From Bacteriovoracia bacterium (GTDB taxonomy: Bacteria > Bdellovibrionota > UBA1018 > JBFWNL01): DNA of 64,000 nucleotides. Of the stretch, positions 28,446 through 35,508 are shown in pieces. Every line of letters starts with the position of its first letter. Position 1 is the first letter of the stretch. The stretch is taken from NCBI GenBank assembly GCA_050251055.1, contig JBFWNL010000001.1, forward strand, positions 395,825 to 459,824, in the 5' to 3' direction. The notes beneath the pieces are model-generated. The model was not told the DNA's origin. It made no database searches and worked only from the letters and a program-made list of their open reading frames with translations. The position numbers were made by a program, and so were the translations under genes.

Positions 28446-28745
28446 GTGGAAACGTTTTCACGGGTATCGCGAAACGCGGGGTCCACTCGTGAAGATCAGT
28501 GCCCAAAATGCGGAGGCCCGATGTCGCCCCGCCCCATTCGGCCCTATCCCGTGATTTTGCAGACCGTATTCGGTCTCAGCTTCCTCATTTTTTTACTCGG
28601 GTTCGACCAGCTCCAAGGGAACTCGGCGCTCGTATGGACATGGAGCCTTTTCCAACTCGTTTTAGGCGGGTTTTTAGTGCGCGGAAGAATGTTGGCAAAA
28701 AGGCGAGTTTATCGTTGCGTGCGCTGCAATGCTGCCCTACGATAG
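28446..28745 (+). CDS. Small membrane protein, CxxC-two TM-CxxC
   Basis: CPKC ... hydrophobic hairpin ... CVRC. Confidence 0.6.
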   Translation: METFSRVSRNAGSTREDQCPKCGGPMSPRPIRPYPVILQTVFGLSFLIFLLGFDQLQGNSALVWTWSLFQLVLGGFLVRGRMLAKRRVYRCVRCNAALR

Positions 28746-28805
28746 TACGGTCTCTCAAGTACTCTGAAATGATAACGAATTCTTGGGCTACGGAGGCCTC
28801 TCCTC

Positions 28806-29906
28806 ATGTTGAAGTCGAAATCTAATCTTCTGAGCAAGTATATGGTGGCGCTCCCGCTGTTCGCGATCGCCGGCGGTTTGGTCGTTTTTACGGCGTGCAT
28901 GGACAACAACGCCAAGGCGACGCCGAACTTCATTACTAAAGACACCCCTCCCGCCCCGGGCGTCCTGGCCAAGATCAACGGACAAAACATCACGCTGGAA
29001 GAGCTCATCGGCGACGGCGAAGCCAAGCTCACCTACGGCGACCTCAAGAAGCGCGAGCACAAATTCCTCATGGATCGCCTCAACGATGTGATGCGCGACC
29101 GCCTCATCGGCGAGGAAGCGAAAAAAGCCAATCTCCCGCTGGACGAGTATCTGAAGAAGAACGTCTACAAAGGCAAGACGACGGTGAAGAAAGACGAAAT
29201 CATCAAGTTCGTCGAACAGCGCGGCGGCGACAAGTCCCGCCTCAATCCCCAGATCGAGCAACGCATCGAAGAGATGCTCCGCCAGCAAAAAGAGCAAGAT
29301 TTGATGCTCGAATACCTGGCCAAGCTCACGAAAAAGAACCCGGTGGAAGTTTTCTTTAAACGCTACAAGGTCCAGGTGAACGTGGATGCCGGCGAGTCCC
29401 CCACCTGGGGCAACAAGACGGCTCCGGTCAGCATCATCGCCTTCTCCGACTTCCAATGCCCTTATTGCTCGAAGGCCGCCGACACGGTTGATCAAATCCG
29501 CAAGAAGTATCGGGGCAAGGTTAAGATCGCGTTCAAGCACTTCCCGCTCTCTTTCCACAAGGACGCCATGCCGGCGGCGATCGCCTCCATGTGCGTGAAC
29601 GAGCAAAATAGCGACAAGTTCTGGAAATTCCACGACGTGACTTTCAAGAACCAAAGCGCCCTTTCCCCGGCCGACCTCGACAAGTACGCCAAGGAATCGG
29701 GTGCCGACATGGGCAAGTTCAAGGCTTGTATGGACTCGAAGAAGTATGAAGGCCTCGTCAAGAAAGACATGGAATACGGCGACAAGCTCGGCGTGCGCAG
29801 CACCCCGACCTTCTTCGTAAACGGCGAGCTGATCAGCGGCGCGGTTCCGATCGAGGAATTCTCGCAGACGATCGACGACGCCCTGAACGAAGCCAAGGGC
29901 TCGTAG
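28806..29906 (+). CDS. DsbA-family thioredoxin lipoprotein with SurA-like N-terminal domain
   Basis: FTAC lipobox, FSDFQCPYC, KHFPL, GVRSTPTFFVNG. Confidence 0.9.
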   Translation: MLKSKSNLLSKYMVALPLFAIAGGLVVFTACMDNNAKATPNFITKDTPPAPGVLAKINGQNITLEELIGDGEAKLTYGDLKKREHKFLMDRLNDVMRDRLIGEEAKKANLPLDEYLKKNVYKGKTTVKKDEIIKFVEQRGGDKSRLNPQIEQRIEEMLRQQKEQDLMLEYLAKLTKKNPVEVFFKRYKVQVNVDAGESPTWGNKTAPVSIIAFSDFQCPYCSKAADTVDQIRKKYRGKVKIAFKHFPLSFHKDAMPAAIASMCVNEQNSDKFWKFHDVTFKNQSALSPADLDKYAKESGADMGKFKACMDSKKYEGLVKKDMEYGDKLGVRSTPTFFVNGELISGAVPIEEFSQTIDDALNEAKGS

Positions 29907-29943
29907 TCTCCCAACGCCTTATTTGTGAGACCGGACTTTAACG

Positions 29944-29980
29944 AAATGGGCTTCTCGGCGACGAGAAGCCCATTTTTTTT
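29944..29980 (+). terminator. Intrinsic terminator
   Basis: AAATGGGCTTCTCG-GCGA-CGAGAAGCCCATTT plus T-run. Confidence 0.85.
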
Positions 29981-29991
29981 GAGATGACTTC

Positions 29992-31395
29992 GTGAACCCA
30001 CTCACCCATGCTTGGATTCATGCCGCGCTCGGATTGCCCTCTTCGGGGGGCTCCCCAACCCCGTTCCCGCGCGTGACCACGGACTCCCGCAAGGTCCAAG
30101 CCGGAGATCTTTTCGTCGCCATTCCCGGCGACGTTTACGATGGACACCAATTTGTCGAGTCCGCGCTCCAGGCGGGCGCGGGCTACGCGCTGGTCAGCCA
30201 TGACTTCACCGCTTCGCCCTACGTCGAGAGCTCGCTCATTCGCGTCCCGCAGAAAATTGGCGGGACAATCGAAGGCTACCGGCGAATCGCGGACCGTTGG
30301 CGGGAGCAGTTTCTGGGGCCCGTGGTGGCGGTCACCGGCAGCGTGGGCAAAACCACGACGAAGGAGCTGCTGGCGGCGATCCTGGCTGGAAAATATTCCC
30401 GGCTGGTAAAAACCGAAGGCAGCCAAAATGGTTTCGTGGGCATCCCGATGACATTGCTCGAACTTCGGCCCGACACCCAGGCCGCCGTAATTGAAGTCGG
30501 CATCGACGAAATCGGGGCCATGCAAAAACACTTGGACCTCGTAAAGCCAACCGCCTGCGTGCTGAGCGCCATCGGTCCAGAGCATCTGGAAAAGCTGCGT
30601 GACCTACCCACGGTTGCCTCCGAAGAGCTGCTTTCCCTCACTTATGTCGCCCGCAAGGGCGGCACCATCGCCGTCAACCGGGATGACGAATGGATCGCAA
30701 GCTGGGAGGCCCCGCCCGGCGCTCCCGGGAAGGAGTGGGATTTTCGTCTCCGCGGAGACGGCGCGCTCGGACCAAAGAGCGTGGTCGGTGGATACGATTT
30801 ATCCACGGGGCAGCTTACGGTTACGGCCCCGGCGGGCAACGGCCGATTCCCTTGCCCTCTGCCCGGCGAACACAACGCCCGCAACTTACTGGGCGCCATC
30901 ACCCTCGCCCTGGGCCTGGGCCTCACCTTCGAGGAAATCACGCGGGGGCTAGCGGGCTTTAAATCCCCTTACGGGCGCACGGAAATTCACGACCGCGCAC
31001 CGAAGCAACGATTCCTGTGCGATTACTACAACGCCAATCCGAGCTCGGTGAGTGCGGCCCTGAAACTGCTCGACGAGCAAGCCCGCCTCGGCGGATTCTC
31101 GCGCAAACTCGCCTGCTTGGGCGACATGCTGGAGCTGGGAGCGGACGAAGAAAAATTCCACCGAGCGCTCGCCGAGGAGATCCGGCGGACTGGCGTGAAC
31201 CAAGTTTTCCTATTTGGGCCTCGCATGAAGTGGCTGGCCGACGAAATTCAAGGTGCCGTACCGACGGAGCATTTCGAACGGCAAGAGGACCTGGCCGATC
31301 GTCTTGGCCAGACCTTAACCGAGGGCGACATCGTGCTCATCAAGGGCTCTCGCGGCATGCGCATGGAGAAAGTATTTAAGCAGGTGTGCCCATGA
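29992..31395 (+). CDS. murF: UDP-MurNAc-tripeptide--D-Ala-D-Ala ligase
   Basis: TDSRKV, VTGSVGKTTTKE, DYYNANP, LGDMLELG, IKGSRGMRME. Confidence 0.95.
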   Translation: MNPLTHAWIHAALGLPSSGGSPTPFPRVTTDSRKVQAGDLFVAIPGDVYDGHQFVESALQAGAGYALVSHDFTASPYVESSLIRVPQKIGGTIEGYRRIADRWREQFLGPVVAVTGSVGKTTTKELLAAILAGKYSRLVKTEGSQNGFVGIPMTLLELRPDTQAAVIEVGIDEIGAMQKHLDLVKPTACVLSAIGPEHLEKLRDLPTVASEELLSLTYVARKGGTIAVNRDDEWIASWEAPPGAPGKEWDFRLRGDGALGPKSVVGGYDLSTGQLTVTAPAGNGRFPCPLPGEHNARNLLGAITLALGLGLTFEEITRGLAGFKSPYGRTEIHDRAPKQRFLCDYYNANPSSVSAALKLLDEQARLGGFSRKLACLGDMLELGADEEKFHRALAEEIRRTGVNQVFLFGPRMKWLADEIQGAVPTEHFERQEDLADRLGQTLTEGDIVLIKGSRGMRMEKVFKQVCP

Positions 31396-32534
31396 GCGCA
31401 TTGAAGATCCTGGCCCCCACTCCCGAACACATCGAACAGGCCGCATTCGCGCTGAAGAGCGGCGCCCTCGTGGGCATGCCCACCGAGACCGTTTACGGGT
31501 TAGCGGGCAACGCGCTCGACGAGGCCGCCGTGGTACGAATCTTCAAGTCGAAAGACCGGCCCCAATTCGACCCGCTGATCGTGCACGTGCCAAAGAATTC
31601 GTCTTTTGCTGAAATGGAACAGGCCGGCTGGGTGCGATGGTCAAGCCTCTCGGCTCCCATGCGCTCGGCGTGTGAGGAGCTTGCCAAGCGCTTCTGGCCT
31701 GGCCCGTTGACCCTGGTCGTTCCCAAAGGGGCGCGCGTGCCCGATCTCGTGACGAGTGGGCTTGAAACCGTGGGCATTCGCATGCCCGCCCACCCCGTGG
31801 CCCAGGCCTTGATTGCCGCGGCGGGCTTCCCACTTGCCGCACCGAGCGCCAATCGCTTTGGTCGGATCAGTCCCACACAGGCGGAGGCGGTGGAGCAGGA
31901 ACTGGGCGATCACGTAGAGTGGATACTGGATGGCGGTCCGTGCGAAGTTGGCGTCGAATCGACGGTCTTGCTTGCTGGCCCCGACGAGAGGTTCACGCTG
32001 TTGCGTCCAGGCAAGATCACGGTGGACGAACTACGCGAAGTCCTCGCCGAAAAGCTAGCCACGTCCGACCCATTACGGGTCGCGGCACCGCAGGAAATGA
32101 CCTCGCATGCTCCCGGCCGCCAAGAGCGCCACTACGCGCCGGCCAAACCCTGTTTCTTACTGCCCGAGACCGTTTCCAAGCTCAAACCGGACCACCTCGA
32201 GCGCATGCGTTTGATCACCCAGGAGATCGCGCAACCAGCGGGCGGGGAATTCGCCAATTCACCCGGCAAGGTGGGGCTACTGATCTTCCGGGGACGCGCC
32301 GACACCGCCGCGCGGGCGTTTACCCAAGCGCTTGGACTCGAGACCGAGTGCGTTTCGCTCAGCAAGATGGGCAACGAAGTCGAAGCTGCCTCCCGCCTCT
32401 TCCGAGAACTGCGGCGTTTGGACCAAAGTTCGGTGGACGCGATATTCTGCGAGCCGCCGCCTTCCGCCGAGGGGCTCTGGCACGCGATCTCCGACCGCAT
32501 CGCGCGCGCCACCCGGCCCGTAATGGAGCCCTAA
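31392..32534 (+). CDS. tsaC: L-threonylcarbamoyladenylate synthase (Sua5 type)
   Basis: PTETVYGLA, PLIVH, FWPGPLT, APSAN, ESTV, HYAP, SUA5 C-domain. Confidence 0.93.
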   Translation: MSALKILAPTPEHIEQAAFALKSGALVGMPTETVYGLAGNALDEAAVVRIFKSKDRPQFDPLIVHVPKNSSFAEMEQAGWVRWSSLSAPMRSACEELAKRFWPGPLTLVVPKGARVPDLVTSGLETVGIRMPAHPVAQALIAAAGFPLAAPSANRFGRISPTQAEAVEQELGDHVEWILDGGPCEVGVESTVLLAGPDERFTLLRPGKITVDELREVLAEKLATSDPLRVAAPQEMTSHAPGRQERHYAPAKPCFLLPETVSKLKPDHLERMRLITQEIAQPAGGEFANSPGKVGLLIFRGRADTAARAFTQALGLETECVSLSKMGNEVEAASRLFRELRRLDQSSVDAIFCEPPPSAEGLWHAISDRIARATRPVMEP

Positions 32535-32539
32535 ACTCA

Positions 32540-33424
32540 ATGCCGACGGTGCAATCCGGCCGCACGACCATTCATTTCACCGAAGCCCTCGCCGCGCATA
32601 GCGAGATGTCCATTAGCGCTTGCGTGAAACTCATGCGCGAGCAAGGCGTGGGCTCGCTCTTGATCGTGAACGCCGCCAAGCGCAACGAGCTGGTGGGGAT
32701 CTTCACCGAACGTGATCTGCTGACGAAGATCGAGGTCATTGAATCGGGAAATTTTTGGGGCCGCCCCATCCGGACGGTCATGACCAAGCCGGTGAAGAGC
32801 CTCAAGGTGTCCGAGATCCACAAGGCCGCGCAGCTGATGCTCAAGCACGGGTTCCGCCATGTCCCCATCGTCGACGACGACCCCGAGCAGCTCAAGCAGC
32901 TCGTGGGAGTGGTTTCCATGCGTGACCTGTTCCAGGGACTGCTCACCGAGGCGCAGTTCCAGGACTCGAGCTTTGCCATTCGCAAGGCGCGTAAACTCTC
33001 CACCTTGGAAACCAGCCTGGCGATTCTTTCCGGCGACGTGTCCTTCGTCAGCCTGATTAAACACGGCCTCAAAAGCTTTTCGCGCATCGACATCGTGCCG
33101 TTTGCGCCGAAGGAGCTCCCCGATCGACTGGGTCGGCAAGACCGACTTTTCCAGTTTTCCGGCATTGTGCTCGACATCGACCACTACGAAAAGAGTCAAT
33201 GGCAGAAGTTCCTCCAAGCGATGAATGCTGCGCCGAAGGCCCCGTTCGTGATGGTGGTCTTCGAGAGTGCCCGCCACGACGAGTTAACGCACCGATTACT
33301 GGAAAAGCTAGCGCACGGGCAGCACTTTGCGATATTCGAAAAACCCGTGTCCGCCTTCGCGATGCTCAGCCGCCTAGCCAGCGCTTTGAGCGAAGGGGTT
33401 TCCGAAACCGGGGAGAAGACGTAA
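32540..33424 (+). CDS. CBS-pair protein with C-terminal receiver-like domain
   Basis: LVGIFTERDL, HGFRHVPIV, GVVSMRDL; C-terminal IVLDID...FEKPV. Confidence 0.75.
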   Translation: MPTVQSGRTTIHFTEALAAHSEMSISACVKLMREQGVGSLLIVNAAKRNELVGIFTERDLLTKIEVIESGNFWGRPIRTVMTKPVKSLKVSEIHKAAQLMLKHGFRHVPIVDDDPEQLKQLVGVVSMRDLFQGLLTEAQFQDSSFAIRKARKLSTLETSLAILSGDVSFVSLIKHGLKSFSRIDIVPFAPKELPDRLGRQDRLFQFSGIVLDIDHYEKSQWQKFLQAMNAAPKAPFVMVVFESARHDELTHRLLEKLAHGQHFAIFEKPVSAFAMLSRLASALSEGVSETGEKT

Positions 33425-33433
33425 GGAGAATCC

Positions 33434-34687
33434 ATGCTCGCTCGTATTGGCGCAGTACTGTTAGCAGCTTCCGTTACGCTCGCGTCTACCGCGCAGGCGA
33501 AGGTCCCGCGCCAGAAAACACCGATGGCTCCCTCGGCCGCGCCGATACACGCCCCGTTCACCCAATCGGTGGATCTACACTCGCACACCTTCATGGATCG
33601 CGCGATGGCGTCGTGGGCGTTTCATGGCGAATTCAACGGCCCAATCGAGGCCACAAGCTGGAAGCATCGCTACCGCTCGCAGATCAATCCCGAAACCATC
33701 GGGCAGTCCGGGCTCGCCGTTTCGGTGGTCGCCCTTTATGGCCATCGTCTTTTCCACTGGGATCTGCGAGAAGCCGTCCGCCGACAGATCGCCGACGCCG
33801 AAGCGTTCGTGAAGACAAACCCCGAGTGGGTTATCGCCAAGACTCCCATGGACGCAGAAACGGCGCTCGCCACGGGTAAACGCATGCTGGTTTTCTCGCT
33901 CGAAGGCGCCGACGGGATACTCGAGAACGAAGCCGACCTCGTGGAATTCGTCGACCAGAAGGGACTGCGCATCGTCACCCCGCTTCACCTAACCGACGAC
34001 CAGTACGGCGGAGTCGCCTTTCTGCGCGGCATTTTAGTCCTTGCCTCGCCGTGGGCATTCATTAAATCCCTCTTCAGTCCCATCTACGCGGACGGCGTGC
34101 GCGTGAACCCCAATGGCCTCAGCGAACGGGGCCAGTGGCTGATCAATGCCCTCCTCAAACACCAAGTTTGGGTCGACCTATCCCACGCTTCCGACGCCGC
34201 CCAACGGGAAATCGTGCCGATGCTAAAAGCCGCGAAGCAGCCGATTCTCTACACGCACACGATGTTGCGCGCCTATCACGGCGCCGAACGCGGTATCACC
34301 ACGGCCCAGCTACAGGATGTCGCCTACTCGGGAGGCATCGTCGGCATCATGCCCAGCCATATGATGATGGAAGGCACGCCGCTTCCCGAGGGCAGAGCAC
34401 CCGAATGCGACGGCCACATTCCCGCGCTCGCTAAGCAGTATAATGAAATGATCGATATCGTCGGACCCGCCAGTGTCATGTTCGGCACGGATTTCAACGG
34501 CGGAGTGACCCGCTTCAGCAAAGACTGCCCCACGCATTCGCGGCTGGATGAAACCGGCTACGTGCATGCCGCCCATCTCCCCTTTGTCTGGGAAGCCTTG
34601 GCGAAGAACGGTGGCCGCACGCCCCCCGACCTACAGGTCACCGCGCGGCGGTTTGTGGACGCTTGGCAAGCGGCTTACCGGCGCTAA
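33434..34687 (+). CDS. Secreted M19-family (membrane dipeptidase-like) peptidase
   Basis: DLHSH, FSLEG, VDLSHAS, YTHT, FGTDFNG. Confidence 0.85.
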   Translation: MLARIGAVLLAASVTLASTAQAKVPRQKTPMAPSAAPIHAPFTQSVDLHSHTFMDRAMASWAFHGEFNGPIEATSWKHRYRSQINPETIGQSGLAVSVVALYGHRLFHWDLREAVRRQIADAEAFVKTNPEWVIAKTPMDAETALATGKRMLVFSLEGADGILENEADLVEFVDQKGLRIVTPLHLTDDQYGGVAFLRGILVLASPWAFIKSLFSPIYADGVRVNPNGLSERGQWLINALLKHQVWVDLSHASDAAQREIVPMLKAAKQPILYTHTMLRAYHGAERGITTAQLQDVAYSGGIVGIMPSHMMMEGTPLPEGRAPECDGHIPALAKQYNEMIDIVGPASVMFGTDFNGGVTRFSKDCPTHSRLDETGYVHAAHLPFVWEALAKNGGRTPPDLQVTARRFVDAWQAAYRR

Positions 34688-34697
34688 GAAAACCGGT

Positions 34698-34735
34698 AAA
34701 AACACAAAGGCCCGGACGCGCTCTCCGCCCGGGCC
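34698..34735 (-). terminator. Intrinsic terminator for the 34830..35198 gene
   Basis: GGCCCGGGCG / CGTCCGGGCC stem then TTTGTGTTTTT on the minus strand. Confidence 0.65.
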
Positions 34736-34829
34736 CCTTCGCAGTTCGGATAACGAGATCTCGTTTCCGCTTGGACAGAACTTTTACAATTTTCTTCGAA
34801 AACTAGTCTGCTGGTGTGGGAGCCGGCCG

Positions 34830-35198
34830 TTAACGGCGGGTCGCGCGCAATTTCTTGCGCAGCTGCACGCGCTCACGAAGCGCCACCTGGCTGGGCTCCT
34901 GGCCCGAGCGGCGATATTTCGCGCGCGAGACACGATCCACGGCCCGCTTGAGCTTCGGATTTTTGTAGATCGAAGGCAGATGATTCTCCACGTAACGGGA
35001 TTCAAGCTGTGCCAGGCGCATGATATCGCCTTCGAAGTCGAGGTCCGCTTCCTTGGAGATTTTAATTTCGGAGAGCTTTTGATAAATCGCGGTGTCGTCC
35101 TGAATCTTCGAGGGGATCGCCGCTTGCGCGTCCACCGGCGAACCCGCCGACATCAACAACGCGAACAAAAAGAAAGCTCCCGATTTCGGGTTCAACAT
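34830..35198 (-). CDS. Small secreted basic hypothetical protein
   Basis: AAGGAG SD, signal peptide ending AQA, Arg/Lys-rich C-terminus. Confidence 0.7.
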   Translation of the reverse strand: MLNPKSGAFFLFALLMSAGSPVDAQAAIPSKIQDDTAIYQKLSEIKISKEADLDFEGDIMRLAQLESRYVENHLPSIYKNPKLKRAVDRVSRAKYRRSGQEPSQVALRERVQLRKKLRATRR

Positions 35199-35307
35199 GA
35201 AATTCTCCTTCATCGCCGTAGCGTGAGATCGCACTACAACACACTTAAACGCTTCCGTACAGGGCCCGCCAAGGGCCCGGGAATGGCGTCCAGTCGCGCA
35301 GCCTAAG

Positions 35308-35323
35308 AGCAATTCGAGTGCCA
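35308..35323 (-). promoter_or_regulatory. sigma54 -24/-12 promoter
   Basis: TGGCAC-TCGAA-TTGCT, near-perfect consensus. Confidence 0.75.
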
Positions 35324-35334
35324 AGCCCACCTTG

Positions 35335-35457
35335 TTCTGTGGACAGAATTACATAATAATATCAAAAGGATGGTGCACTATGACACCATGCGTTCTGTTT
35401 ATGAAATAGGCAACGCGGGACAGAATCTACAAAACCCCCCCGCCCAGTGGGACAGAT
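35335..35457. repeat. Cluster of TTCTGT/GGACAGAA direct and inverted repeats (candidate activator sites)
   Basis: TTCTGT at 35335 and 35393; GGACAGAAT at 35341 and 35418; GGGACAGAT at 35449. Confidence 0.45.
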
Positions 35458-35508
35458 CCGGCCGGAGTAGATCTTTGCCAGCGTTTCCGCTAGTGTGTCG
35501 GATTACCC

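Noticed and set aside
31919-32539. 501-aa ORF extension overlapping tsaC
   Set aside because: Arg-rich off-frame read; the CBS protein plausibly starts at 32540 after the tsaC stop
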